DNA from: an uncultured Planctomycetota bacterium
GTDB lineage: Bacteria > Planctomycetota > Planctomycetia > Pirellulales > Lacipirellulaceae
Reading direction: 5' to 3'
DNA: 64,000 nucleotides
Assembly: GCA_963719315.1 (NCBI GenBank)
Contig: CAVRBU010000003.1
Span: 288,001 to 352,000 of the forward strand
Each line of letters starts with the position of its first letter. Position 1 is the stretch's first letter. Of the stretch, positions 14,136 through 23,980 are shown in pieces. A program made the translations under genes and the position numbers. The notes beneath the pieces are model-generated. The model was not told the DNA's origin. It saw only the letters and a list, made by a program, of their open reading frames with translations, and searched no databases.

Positions 14136-14234
14136 GCCTAACGCTCATGATCAGCCGCAACTGAAAGTGGCGCGACATTTGCGCGAGCAATAGGCGTGAC
14201 ACGTTCAATTGTCGGTTGCATCGTTTTGTTCGGT
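14136..14234 (-). repeat. attC site
   Basis: Minus strand ACCGAAC...GATGCAACCG...CGGCTGATC-ATGAGC-GTTAGGC imperfect palindrome, 99 bp. Confidence 0.85.
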
Positions 14235-14284
14235 GCCCACGTTAGACGAGATTGAATAGGCCGTCCATGCCTGCTGGGATGGAG

Positions 14285-14659
14285 TTACCAGAAAGCGTCG
14301 TCTTCTCGTTCACGCACATTCCGAAGACGGTACTCAGCGATGTTGCGGACCAGATCTTCTGGCACGGGCTTGTCGTAGGGAATCTGAAGGTAGTTTTTGG
14401 TCGTCTTGTGCTTTTGGAGTTCCTTGCGAAATGCCTCCAGCGCCGCCGGTGAGGGCGCGAAGTTGCAGTGTGCCTTGTGCGCGGAGAAAGCGAACAGGAA
14501 TCGGGGCTCCACGAAGAAGGGGGTTCCCCACTTGATCACTTCCTCGGCTTCCGGCGCGACGCTCTTGAGGATCGCGTACAGCCGGCGCAAATGCGGCTGG
14601 CCCTCGCGTGGGGCAGCGCGGATATACTCGGCGATCGTCGTCGGACGCTTTAGCACCAT
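14285..14659 (-). CDS. DUF1801 (YdhG-like) protein (cassette)
   Basis: APEAEEVIKWGTPFF...LQIPYDKPVPEDLV. Confidence 0.88.
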   Translation of the reverse strand: MVLKRPTTIAEYIRAAPREGQPHLRRLYAILKSVAPEAEEVIKWGTPFFVEPRFLFAFSAHKAHCNFAPSPAALEAFRKELQKHKTTKNYLQIPYDKPVPEDLVRNIAEYRLRNVREREDDAFW

Positions 14660-14811
14660 TTTCGCGCTGATCAAAAAGTTGGTATTCGCTAGAATTGGGC
14701 GTCCCTAAATAAGATTTATTAGATTCTCAATTCGACGGCTCTTGATATTAACTGGTTTGGTTGCCGTTCTGCTTTACATACTACTTCTCAGACCAACAGC
14801 TATAAAGCATA

Positions 14812-15189
14812 TCAGTTTGCGAGAATATGCAGGGCGACGATGCCCAAGATGACTCCCGCCGCAGCTGTCAGAACGGCGATGGAAACGGTCGGAGCATGCG
14901 TACGGATTGCGGCCAGCGGTTGCCGGACGGCCGCTCGTAGCCCTTCCACTTCCCAACTTTGCAGCAGCGTCGCGCAACCGACGACGAGCACCAGAAACGG
15001 CAAAGCTACCAGCAGAAGCCAGAGAGTCCACTGTCGTTCCGCGTACCACATGACAGTGCGCTGAGCGGCCAAGTCCAAGCCAAAGGCCGCAGTCTGCATG
15101 TGGCGGACCACTAGCGCTCCCATGAATAGCGCGGCCGGAAGTATCAGCAAGAGCTCCGCTAGCGCGACGTTGCGCTTATTCGTGTTCAT
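14812..15189 (-). CDS. 3-TM membrane protein (cassette)
   Basis: Three hydrophobic segments, downstream of attC. Confidence 0.75.
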   Translation of the reverse strand: MNTNKRNVALAELLLILPAALFMGALVVRHMQTAAFGLDLAAQRTVMWYAERQWTLWLLLVALPFLVLVVGCATLLQSWEVEGLRAAVRQPLAAIRTHAPTVSIAVLTAAAGVILGIVALHILAN

Positions 15190-15235
15190 AATGCACATTC
15201 TATGGACTAACCATGAAAGAGATCGAACTTCCGCC

Positions 15236-15362
15236 GGCTAACACCAAAGCTCAGTTGCCCGCCGGAATAACGTGGCGGGGTTGAAGGCAGTATAAACGCT
15301 GCTAAAGAAAAACGCCAAACGGCCCGCGTTGCCGGCGGGTCAACTGCTGCGCCTTGCTAGGC
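15236..15362 (-). repeat. attC site
   Basis: GCCTAGC (holds upstream stop)...CAGTTGACCCGCCGG / CCGGCGGGCAACTGAGC-TTTGGT-GTTAGCC, 127 bp. Confidence 0.85.
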
Positions 15363-15578
15363 TGGGTGGCCATTTGCCACTTGCAATTCTGTCATCAGTA
15401 ACAAGTCCAAGACACTGTAGCTTTCGTCGGGCTGGAACACAATTACGGTACGACCCGACGGCGACTGGGCGACGAAGTCCGGATGAGAAACTTGAAAAGT
15501 CCGCCCATCGGCCATGCGAATGGTGAACGGCCTGAATGGTTGAAGGTGGAGTGTCGTTTTGAACTGCTCCGTGGTCAT
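15357..15578 (-). CDS. small hypothetical protein (cassette)
   Basis: QPFRPFTIRMADGRTFQVSHPD; stop inside attC; TGGTATAAT 6 nt before ATG. Confidence 0.8.
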   Translation of the reverse strand: MTTEQFKTTLHLQPFRPFTIRMADGRTFQVSHPDFVAQSPSGRTVIVFQPDESYSVLDLLLMTELQVANGHPA

Positions 15579-15608
15579 ACCACAATTATACCATTTCGGT
15601 TGCCCACT

Positions 15609-15735
15609 GCCTAACGATCAAGCTTAGCGACCGCCGTCCCGTAAAGCGGGATAGGCTGCAAGAGTCGCTGACAAATCATCCGAACCGTCCGCCTGCAAAG
15701 CGGGGCGGCGATTCGCTGTAGCACCCTGGTTAGGC
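15609..15735 (-). repeat. attC site
   Basis: GCCTAAC...GCTACAGCGA / TCGCTAAGC-TTGATC-GTTAGGC, 127 bp. Confidence 0.85.
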
Positions 15736-15771
15736 GTTCGGTTGGACTCGGAGAAGTCTCCGCACAATGCT

Positions 15772-16206
15772 TTACCCGAGCTGCTCGGCAAGACCGACAA
15801 TGATGCCCTCGGGCCAGCGTATGTAGGCTAGGCGATACGTGTCCTCATACTGAATTTCGCCAATGAGCTCGGCCCCGTGGGCGAGCATGTGCGCGACGAC
15901 AGCGTCGATGTCATCGACTGCGAACATGACGCGACGGATGCCCAGCGTGTTCACCGGTGCGTCCACGGGCCCAAACCTGATGGCGTTGGGCGTGTGGAAC
16001 TTGTCCAACTCAATGCCCTGCCCGTCGGGAGTCCGCATCATCGCGAGGGTGGCCCGGACATCCTTGAGCCCGATCAGTCTCCCGACTAAAGGCACTTCGA
16101 CCGTCGTTTCGCCCTCAAGCTTGAGGCCCAGTTCGATGAAAAACGCCTTGGCGGGTTCGAGATCGTCGACGACGATGAGGACGTTGTCCATTCGTTTGAG
16201 CGACAT
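15772..16206 (-). CDS. VOC/glyoxalase-family protein (cassette)
   Basis: RMDNV-x-IVVDDL...FF-x-ELG...GIRRVMFAVDDID...PEGIIVGLAE. Confidence 0.9.
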   Translation of the reverse strand: MSLKRMDNVLIVVDDLEPAKAFFIELGLKLEGETTVEVPLVGRLIGLKDVRATLAMMRTPDGQGIELDKFHTPNAIRFGPVDAPVNTLGIRRVMFAVDDIDAVVAHMLAHGAELIGEIQYEDTYRLAYIRWPEGIIVGLAEQLG

Positions 16207-16227
16207 GTTCTTCCGAGACTTGGATTA

Positions 16228-17404
16228 TACCCTGCGTGGGGATAAATGATCTGTTCCCGAGTAGCTGATTTGTTGTACAAGGCCCTTATGTCGCCATCGA
16301 GGAGGATGGCGTGTTGCTGGCAAGGAGGGCTGTCATGGCTTGGTTTCGAGTCCGATTGACGGAAGAGGAACAGCGAATTGTCGCGGCCGAGCGGGAGTCT
16401 CATCCGGAGTCGCATGTCCGCCGCAAGATGCTGGTGTTGTGGTCGCTGCAGTGTGGTTTGAAGCGATCCCAGGCGGCGAAATTGGCGGGGGTCGGAGTGG
16501 CGACCGTCGGGCGGTACGTTGCGGCCTATCGTGATGGCGGGTTGGAGGGTCTGCGGCGGTGGAATGTGCAAGGGCCCGTGAGCGACTTGGCCGCCTATCG
16601 CGACGTGATCCGCGCGTCGTTCGAGAACCAGCCGGTCCGCACGACCGCGGAAGCCTGCGAACGCATTTACCAACTGACCGGCCTGCGGCGGGGACTGTCG
16701 CAAACTCGCAAGTTCCTGAAAGACATGGGACTCAAGTGGCAGCGGGTCCGGGCATCCCCGTGCCGCCCAAAAAAACTTGGCCCAGCATGTCGCCGCGCAG
16801 GCCCTGTTTCACAACGTCGAACTGAAGCCCCGCCTCGACGCCGCCGCCCGAGGGCGGGGACACGTCTTCTTCGTCGATGCGGCCCACTTTGTGTACGGGA
16901 CGTTCCTGTGCTGCTTGTGGTCGTTCACGCGAATCTTCGTGCGGGCCGCCTCGGGCCGCCAGCGGTTCAATGTCCTGGGAGCCTGGAACGCCGTGACCCG
17001 CGAACTGGTAAGCGTGACCAACACCACGGTCGTCAACACGGAAACGATGTGCGAGCTGTTGCGGAAGATCGCTGCCCTCGGTCTGGCCGGACCGATCACG
17101 TTGGTGCTGGACAACCCTCGCTACCAACGTAACGCCGCGGTGCAAGCGTTGGCGACGCAACTGGAAATCACGCTGCTGTTCCTGCCCTCCTACTCGCCGA
17201 ACCTGAACCTCATCGAACGGCTTTGGAAGTTCATCAAGCGGCGGGCCATCTATGGGCGTTACCATCCCGGATTTCAAGAGTTTCAAGCCGCCATCCAAGA
17301 AACAATCGCCGACCTCGCAACCCGCCACGCCGAACCCCTCAAATCCCTCATGACGCTCAACTTTCAGCGATTCGAAGATGTCTCATTGCTGGCCGCGTAG
17401 GGTA
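16228..17404 (+). mobile_element. IS630-family insertion sequence
   Basis: Terminal IRs TACCCTGCGTGG / CCGCGTAGGGTA, TA duplications at 16226-27 and 17405-06. Confidence 0.92.
16335..17400 (+). CDS. IS630 transposase (HTH ORF + DDE ORF joined by frameshift)
   Basis: FFVDAAHF, LVLDN-x-RYQ, LPSYSPNLNLIERLW; A7C slippery site ~16769 and a probable extra 1-bp deletion ~16752. Confidence 0.9.
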
Positions 17405-17483
17405 TACTTGGGCATGGCTTCTGTGGCAGTTGCTATTCGGAGGGTGGATTATTTGGCTTTCGTTAAACAGTGCGAGTGAGAAC

Positions 17484-17609
17484 GCCTAACGATAAAGCTC
17501 AGTTGCTCGCCGGAGCGTAGTGGCGGGATTGCACGCAGTATATCCGCAGCGGAGAAAAACGCCGAAATGGCCGTTTGACTGGCGGGTCAACTGCAGCGCG
17601 TTGTTAGGC
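17484..17609 (-). repeat. attC site
   Basis: GCCTAAC...GCTGCAGTTGACCCGCC / GGCGAGCAACTGAGC-TTTATC-GTTAGGC; same family as 15236-15362. Confidence 0.88.
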
Positions 17610-18085
17610 GGCTGGTCCTCGAAAATGAATTAACCGGTCTAGTTTGTCGAGAAACCCGTCCTTATCCCGTAATCATAGTTGAAGTTTACCCGTTGATTGA
17701 TCACTTCGATTGAATTGAATGAGGACTGAATTCCCATGCTCTTCGACGTGGGTGATGTCCGCCAGCGGAATACGATGATCTAAATCATATTTCGCTGCTA
17801 TTCCCCGAAAGAAAGCAAAGGTTGTAACCCACAATTCAGAATCCGTCAAAACCACTCGCAGCGCATTTCGTCCACCCCCAGCCTTGTAAGGAGCGAGCGG
17901 TGAGAACAGCCCGACGCAAACCGCTCGCGGTGCAACACGTTGACGGATGACAACGATGGAAATTGCGGCCCCGTTGAAATTCGCCTCCAGGCCATAACCG
18001 CGAAGCCCGACAGGCAAATCGTCGCACAGATGCACCACATAACAAAGAAGTGGTCGTCGATAAAATTCTTGATTTGCTGGAACAC
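17604..18085 (-). pseudogene. membrane-anchored hypothetical cassette gene with frameshift (~17878, G-run) and in-frame TGA (17673-17675)
   Basis: Two ORF pieces join as LLTRLGGGRNALRVV; past the TGA the frame runs LRDKDGFLDKL... to a TAA inside the attC GCCTAAC box. Confidence 0.7.
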
Positions 18086-18100
18086 GCTGTAATCTTTGCG

Positions 18101-19206
18101 GCCAAACACCAAAGCTCAGTTGCCCGCCGAAACGGGGGACAAAGGGGACGCGACTCGTATTACGACTCAAGAACGAGTCGCGTCCTGCTCAGTAGAAAAC
18201 GTCTGAATGCTAGCTAAACATCGGTGTGTGTTGGTTCGTATGACGGTGGATGAAGACGAGCAAGAGTCCGAAGCGCGTGTTGGTCGAGGCACTGGCCGTG
18301 GCCCAGGCTTCGCTGCCGCGGTACTCGCATCGGTTCAGCCCACGGGTCTTCACGCAGCATCAACTGTTTGCCTGTCTGGTGCTCAAGGATTTTTACAACC
18401 TGACCTATCGGGGCACCGTTGGCCTGTTGGCGGACAGCGATTCGCTGTGCGAAGCGATCGGCCTGGAAAAGGTGCCCCACTTCACGACGCTGCAAAAGTC
18501 GGCCGATCGGTTGTTGGTGAAGAAGTCGTTTCAACGGCTGATCACGGCCACGGTCCAGCGGGCACGGAAGGCCAAGCTGCTCCGCCGCTCCGTGCGATTG
18601 GCAGCCATCGACACCAGCGGCTTCGAAGCGCGGCACACCAGTCGCTACTATGCCTGGCGTCGAAAAAAGGTGGGAAAACACGGACGAACGTGCACCGTCT
18701 CCTATCGCCGCTACCCCAAGCTGGGCGTGGTCTGCGACACGACGAGTCATTTCTGCCTGGCGGCCCGGGCTAGCCAGGGACCGCGGCCCGACTTCGGCGA
18801 TTTCCGCCCGCTCGTCGTCGAAGCGCAGGCTCGCACCGGAGTGAAGGCGGTCGCGGCGGACGCCGGCTTCGACAGCGAAGCCAACCACGTGTTGGCCCGC
18901 GACGAACTGGGGATTCAGTCCCTGATCCCCGCCGAGCACGGCCGACCGCCGGCCGGGGAACCCGTGGGCCGCTATCGAAAGCAGATGAAACGTCATTTGC
19001 ACGAAAGTCGTTATGGACAACGTTGGCAGGTGGAAACCGTCTACTCGATGATCAAACGTCTCTCGGGAGAAGTCGTCAACGCCCGCACCCACTGGCGCCG
19101 CTGCCGACTCCTGCTCCTCAAAACACTCACTCACAACATCTCGATTCTCAGACAACACCTAGGTTTTCTACTGAGCAGTCGCGTCCCCTTTTCTTTCTGG
19201 TTCGGC
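18101..19206 (-). repeat. interrupted attC site
   Basis: Arm GGCGGGCAACTGAGCTTTGGTGTTTGGC at 18101-18128 matches attC 15236; candidate outer box GCCGAAC at 19200-19206; palindrome and IS in between. Confidence 0.7.
18185..19178 (+). mobile_element. IS5-like insertion sequence
   Basis: Perfect 16-bp IRs CTGCTCAGTAGAAAAC; TSD TCGCGTC (or 9-bp GTCGCGTCC with 15-bp IRs). Confidence 0.9.
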
Positions 19207-19254
19207 AAGGATTCCTCTATCGCACGAGCCACGCCAGAGCTCCTATGGCACTGA
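18250..19254 (+). CDS. DDE transposase (DDE_Tnp_1, IS5-like)
   Basis: AIDTSGF, ADAGFDS, Y-x-QRWQVET-x-YSMIKR; stop codon lies outside the right IR. Confidence 0.9.
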   Translation: MKTSKSPKRVLVEALAVAQASLPRYSHRFSPRVFTQHQLFACLVLKDFYNLTYRGTVGLLADSDSLCEAIGLEKVPHFTTLQKSADRLLVKKSFQRLITATVQRARKAKLLRRSVRLAAIDTSGFEARHTSRYYAWRRKKVGKHGRTCTVSYRRYPKLGVVCDTTSHFCLAARASQGPRPDFGDFRPLVVEAQARTGVKAVAADAGFDSEANHVLARDELGIQSLIPAEHGRPPAGEPVGRYRKQMKRHLHESRYGQRWQVETVYSMIKRLSGEVVNARTHWRRCRLLLLKTLTHNISILRQHLGFLLSSRVPFSFWFGKDSSIARATPELLWH

Positions 19255-19489
19255 GCAATATGACACCAAGGACCAATCGCGTCTCCTTCGGAGTGTTCTT
19301 TCGCGCTACGAAAAAATAGATCAATGCCCCGAGCAGGTAAAACACGAGAATGCACAAAGCCCAAAGTATCTTCGAGGCTATCGAAGGTTGTTTGGTGACG
19401 GCATCGATCAGCATCCATAACCAGAAGATTGTTATGCAGGCAAGCGAGACCTGGGCGATGGGCGCTCCAACGTTGATTTGCGCAAGCAT
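19217..19489 (-). CDS. PLDc_N-domain small membrane protein (first cassette)
   Basis: FWLWMLID...K-x-LW...LLGALIYFF. Confidence 0.8.
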   Translation of the reverse strand: MLAQINVGAPIAQVSLACITIFWLWMLIDAVTKQPSIASKILWALCILVFYLLGALIYFFVARKNTPKETRLVLGVILLSAIGALAWLVR

Positions 19490-19526
19490 GGGTTGTTGGG
19501 TGTTCCGGTGTTTTCGAAAAGTTTAT

Positions 19527-19590
19527 GCCTAACTTGTTAGTAGACACATAATATGTGGATAAGACCGTCCTATCCACATTAAAGTTGAAT
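19527..19590 (-). other. candidate attI site
   Basis: Minus strand ...CTAACAAGTTAGGC in an AT-rich region between the first cassette and the divergent intI; no attC-like hairpin. Confidence 0.65.
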
Positions 19591-19689
19591 AATCCTGCTT
19601 GACAACCGGGGGACCTGCAGTATACATGCGTTCATATCGACGCCCGTCCGCATGTTCTGAGTACCTCTTATACGAACGTAGCTTACCCA

Positions 19690-19941
19690 CCTGCCGGAGC
19701 CCAGGCAACTGCGCCGATCGCCGCGCCAAAACTGCTCGATCAGGTCCGAGCAGCCTTCCGAACCAAACATTACTCCTATCGGACCGAGCAGGCGTACGTT
19801 CATTGGATTCGGCGATTCATCCTGTTCCATGGCAAGCGGCATCCGCGCAAAATGGGCGGACCGGAAATCGAACGCTTTCTTACCAACCTTGCGGTCGCGC
19901 AATCCGTTGCCGCCAGTACCCAAACGCAGGCTCTTTGCGCC
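19690..19941 (+). pseudogene. intI: truncated integron integrase (N-terminal SAM-like domain only)
   Basis: Not in ORF track; PKLLDQVRAAFRTKHYSYRTEQAYVHWIRRFILFHGKRHP-x2-MG-x2-EI-x2-FLT-x-LAV-x3-VAASTQ-x-QAL is the IntI N-terminus; catalytic domain missing. Confidence 0.92.
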
Positions 19942-20032
19942 GGGTGCCATGCTCTCGGCGCAGCGGCGGCGTGAGCATGTTCGGAGTCGCACCGCATGCT
20001 TACGCCGCAAGGCCGGCGAAAGCATGCCACCC
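19942..20032. repeat. REP-like palindrome (GGGTGCCATGCT family)
   Basis: GGGTGCCATGCT...AGCATGCCACCC; related copy at 37062-37106. Confidence 0.75.
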
Positions 20033-20070
20033 TCACTCCTCGCTCACCACTCCTCACTCCTCGCCGCTCG

Positions 20071-21068
20071 TCAGTTCTCCGCGAACGCCGCGTCGAACGC
20101 CACGCTGCTTGGTTCGAAGTCGATTTTGCGGACGAACTCGCAGGCTTCGCGGGCACCTTGTTCGCGGTTCATGCCGACGTCTTCCCATTCGACCGAGAGC
20201 GGGCCTTCGTACTTGGCCTGATTCAGGCGCGGATGATCTCCTCGAAGTTCACGCCGCCGCGGCCTGGCGAGCGGAAGTCCCAGCCGCGGCGCGGGTCGCC
20301 GAAGTTGAGGTGGCTGCCCAAGATGCCGCTGCGGCCGTTGAGCGTGACGATCGCGTCCTTGATATGCACGTGGTAGATGCGGTCGGGGAACTCGCGAATG
20401 AACTCGACTGGGTCCACGCCCTGCCACAGCAGATGGCTGGGGTCGAAGTTGAAGCCGAACTCTTCGCGGTTGCCGATCGCGTCGAGCACCCGGCGGGCGG
20501 TGACGATATCGAACGCGATTTCGGTCGGATGCACTTCGAGCGCGAACCGCACGCCGCAGTCGCCGAACACGTCGAGGATCGGATTCCAGCGCTCGGCGAA
20601 TTGCTTGTAGCCCTCGTCGATCATCGAATCGGGCACCGGCGGGAACGAATACAAGAACGGCCAAATGCTGGAGCCGGTAAAGCCATTGACGACGCCGACG
20701 CCGAGTTGCTGCGCGGCGCGGGCAGCGTTCTTCATGTCGTCGGCAGCGCGGCGATTGACGCCGGCCGGGTCACCGTCGCCCCAGACGTGCGGCGGCAGGA
20801 TCGCGTGATGTCGCTGATCGATGCGATCGCACACCGCCTGGCCGACGAGATGCGAGCTAATCGCATGGCATTGCAGGTCGTAACGATCCAACAGGTCGCG
20901 CTTGGCGCCGCAGTAGTTCGGATCGGCGACCGCTTTGTTGATTTCGAAATGGTCGCCCCAACAGGCGAGTTCGACGCCCTGGTAGCCGAAGTCGCTCGCC
21001 TTGCGGCACATATCCTCCAACGGCAAATCGGCCCACTGGCCGGTGAACAGCGTTACGGGACGGGTCAT
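20071..21068 (-). CDS. sugar phosphate isomerase/epimerase (AP_endonuc_2), 1-bp frameshift ~20226
   Basis: [29 protein letters not shown]-terminus LSVEWED in the shifted frame. Confidence 0.88.
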
Positions 21069-21169
21069 GCGTTTCTCCTGGTCGAGGGGCGAGAGTTGAG
21101 GGGAGGGTCGAGGGTTGAGGGTTCAGGGTTGAGGGCCAGAATCATCAATCGCGGTGCTATACTTGCGAT

Positions 21170-22227
21170 ATGAGCGTCGAATAGTTGCCGCCTTGATGAT
21201 CTTGCTTGCGATTGCCGCGACCGCCTATGCTGCGCCGGCGATTGACTTGGAATTAGCAACCGAACGTGGAGTGCAAATTACCGCGCCCAGGAGTGGCTGC
21301 AACTGTTGACCGGCATCGGCATCGAGCACGTGCGGATTCGCGGCATTCGCCCGGGCGATGCGCCGGCCGTCGAGAACCGCGGCACGAAGCAGCAGCCCAA
21401 CTATCACGTGATGGGAATCGTCACGGCCCGCGATCAATTGCGGCTTGCCGGGCGGCACGTTTGGCCGAGGCGATCGAGCGAAGCTGAAGGACTTTTTCGA
21501 TCGCCTCGCGGCCGACGGAGCGGATTCGCTCACCGCGCCGAACGGGCGATTCGGCCTGACCGAGAAGGAATTGGCGACCGTGCTCGCCGATCTTTCCCAA
21601 TCTATAGACTTTGAAACCAAGGGGCAAGCAGCTCGCCCGGTCGTCGATCGGTTCATGGCCAAGCTTTCGTTGAAACTTGCTTTCGAGGGAGATGCGGAGC
21701 GAGCGCTCCGAGATGCCGCCCCCTTTGGCGACGAGTTGAAAGGTCTGTCGGCGGGCACGGGGCTGGCGATCTGGTTGCGAAATTACGGGCTGGTGATGCG
21801 GCCGGAAAAACTGCGCGGCCAGCCGGTCGTGTATCGGGTTACGGTGGCGGAAGCCGATGCGATAGGCCTGAGCACGCTCGGCAAAACAGAATCGGCCGAC
21901 GCAAAGTGCTGGCCAATTGGTTGGCAGCCGGAGAACGGGCCCGGTGCCGTGGCGCCGTCGCTATTGGAATCGCTCAACGCCGAGATCGACGGCTATACAC
22001 TGGAGGAAGCTCTCAACGCCATCGGCCCGCGGCTGAAGGTGCCCATGTATCTCGATCACGCGGCGCTGGCGGCGCACAAGATCGAGCCGGCCAAGGTTCA
22101 AGTCAAAGTGGCCCGCGCTCGCATGAGCTACAAGCGACTGCTCGACCGCGTGTTGACCCAAGCTCACCTCGGCAGCTCAGTCCGCGTGGATGAAAACGGC
22201 ATGGCGTTTTTGTGGGTGACGCGTTAA
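21170..22227 (+). CDS. hypothetical secreted protein (several frameshifts)
   Basis: Reconstructed signal peptide then DLELATERGVQITAPQEWLQLL...; ORF pieces 21306-21614 and 21445-22227. Confidence 0.6.
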
Positions 22228-22242
22228 GTATGGATATAGAGA

Positions 22243-22674
22243 CTACTTCACGTCGATGGGCGGAATCGCATTTTCGCCGCTGACGACTGTGCATTTTAAA
22301 CCCGAGGTATTTGGCTTTGCATACTTCGGCGGCAGCAGATTAGGACCGGAGCGAGTCTTCTCTTCGCCGACCATTTGCGCTGCCGGCAGTTCGACTGTGA
22401 TCGCGTAGTCACCGAGTGTCGCGCCATCGCCGGAGTGAAACGTCGTGAACACAAACGTCCCGTCCGGGCGCGATACCGCCATGGGCTTTTGGTTACCTTC
22501 AACGTCACCGCCGATGCGGTGCATCACGACCATCGCTTCCGCTAAGGGTTTGCCCTTGAACAACACTTGGACGTGCACTGGAGAACACACGGGGGCCTTT
22601 TTACCCGACGTACATCCGGCGAGCGAACAAACCAGGGCGATCGTGGTGCGGAATGTCGAACGTCGGATCAACAT
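22243..22674 (-). CDS. planctomycetal lipoprotein (carboxypeptidase-regulatory-like fold)
   Basis: LAGC lipobox, GKPL-x2-A-x-V, DG-x-F, LP-x-KY-x4-TSGL; typical DUF1559 partner. Confidence 0.85.
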   Translation of the reverse strand: MLIRRSTFRTTIALVCSLAGCTSGKKAPVCSPVHVQVLFKGKPLAEAMVVMHRIGGDVEGNQKPMAVSRPDGTFVFTTFHSGDGATLGDYAITVELPAAQMVGEEKTRSGPNLLPPKYAKPNTSGLKCTVVSGENAIPPIDVK

Positions 22675-22743
22675 ATGGTGTGGGTAACGACTTCAATCGG
22701 TGAGCGCGGTTGGAGATAGCGCAGGATGTAAAGGTGCTGTCGG

Positions 22744-23721
22744 CTATTCCGGCTGCTTTTGGAACTCGCCACCGGCGCGCGTTACCATCTCGGCCAGCGT
22801 GCGAAGTTCGACTGAGTCGCTCATCGTGCGGACGGAGCCGTCAGCGAATGTGAAGATCGCCGTCCCAGGATGGAAACTATAGAAACAGTGCCCCCATTCG
22901 TTCGAGTTGTTAATCGAGACGGCGCCGGGAATAGTGGATTTGTCCTGTGCCGTGCGCTGCCCGATTTCGTAGGGATTGTCGGATGTGGCCCAGGCCCCGC
23001 CGCGCGCTCGGATATTCGCGGCGTAATCGAGATCGGACTTTACACCGCGTCGCCAGATGTCTTCGCGGCCGGCACATTCGCCGAGCATGATGCTATGCGA
23101 CGTGCCGTCGGTAATTTTGGAGATACGATTGCTCGGGTTCGCATCGGTCTGCCAACAGATGACACCCCGCAAATCTTGGGTCGTCAACAATTGTTGGTCC
23201 GCCGACAACACATTGTTGATAGCGATATTCACACCAGCGGGTGTGAAGTAATCGCCGCACGCGCCGGTCTTGTTCACCGGCGAGTCGGGTTTGTCCTCAA
23301 AGCGCCGCTGATCGGGCGAGGAGGGACACAACAGAACTGGCAGGAAGTGTTGCACGATCGTGCGGTTACCCGCTGTGCCGTCGGCTTTATCTCGCCACCA
23401 GTCCTCTGTCAGGTCATTGCCTTGAACCACGTTCCCTTCTTCTAAATAAGGGAGCACAAACGGTGCCCAAGCGTTCGTGCCATGGGCGGGTGCGACCGGC
23501 TTGATGTACGCCAGCGGAAATTCCTTCTTTGTCGCCTCATAATTCAAAAATGCGATCCCTAGTTGCTTGAGATTGTTCTGGCACTGGCTGCGTCGGGCCG
23601 CCTCGCGAGCCGCCTGGACTGCGGGCAGTAATAGCGCCACCAGGATGCCGATGATCGCAATCACCACCAGCAGCTCGACGAGCGTGAATCCGTTGCGACG
23701 CAAACTACGAATGCTGTTCAT
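22744..23721 (-). CDS. DUF1559 prepilin-type protein
   Basis: GFTLVELLVVIAIIGILVALLLPAVQAAREAARR, DGTS, HPG...FADGSV. Confidence 0.95.
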   Translation of the reverse strand: MNSIRSLRRNGFTLVELLVVIAIIGILVALLLPAVQAAREAARRSQCQNNLKQLGIAFLNYEATKKEFPLAYIKPVAPAHGTNAWAPFVLPYLEEGNVVQGNDLTEDWWRDKADGTAGNRTIVQHFLPVLLCPSSPDQRRFEDKPDSPVNKTGACGDYFTPAGVNIAINNVLSADQQLLTTQDLRGVICWQTDANPSNRISKITDGTSHSIMLGECAGREDIWRRGVKSDLDYAANIRARGGAWATSDNPYEIGQRTAQDKSTIPGAVSINNSNEWGHCFYSFHPGTAIFTFADGSVRTMSDSVELRTLAEMVTRAGGEFQKQPE

Positions 23722-23980
23722 TACCGATAGATTCCTGTCTAATATTAAAGTACGAGACGCACGTTCAATCCTAGAAACCACCGTTGCCTCTGCTATGTTT
23801 TGCGTCATGGCGGGCGGCATGGCAACGCGTAATCGTGTGCTGGTTTTGCAGGAAGCCGCTCGATGCTGAACGGATCGACGAGGCGTCGGTTTTTTCGACA
23901 GCAATCGAGAAAGCGCCTCCACCTCGCGAAGGCGAGTTCCGAGCAACCCGGCCCCTTCCCAAAAGGAGAGGGAGAATTCG

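Noticed and set aside
19599..19627. intI promoter (TTGACA...TATACA) with an SOS box
   Set aside because: -35 is perfect but the spacer is 16 bp with a weak -10; no LexA box recognised
7253..20000. tRNA-His-anchored genomic island or prophage
   Set aside because: No duplicated tRNA 3' end, no intact integrase and no phage structural genes
19599..21173. 524-aa + strand ORF and other long antisense ORFs (8650-9807, 36346-37248, 44410-45768, 57594-58652)
   Set aside because: Shadow frames opposite well-supported genes in high-GC DNA
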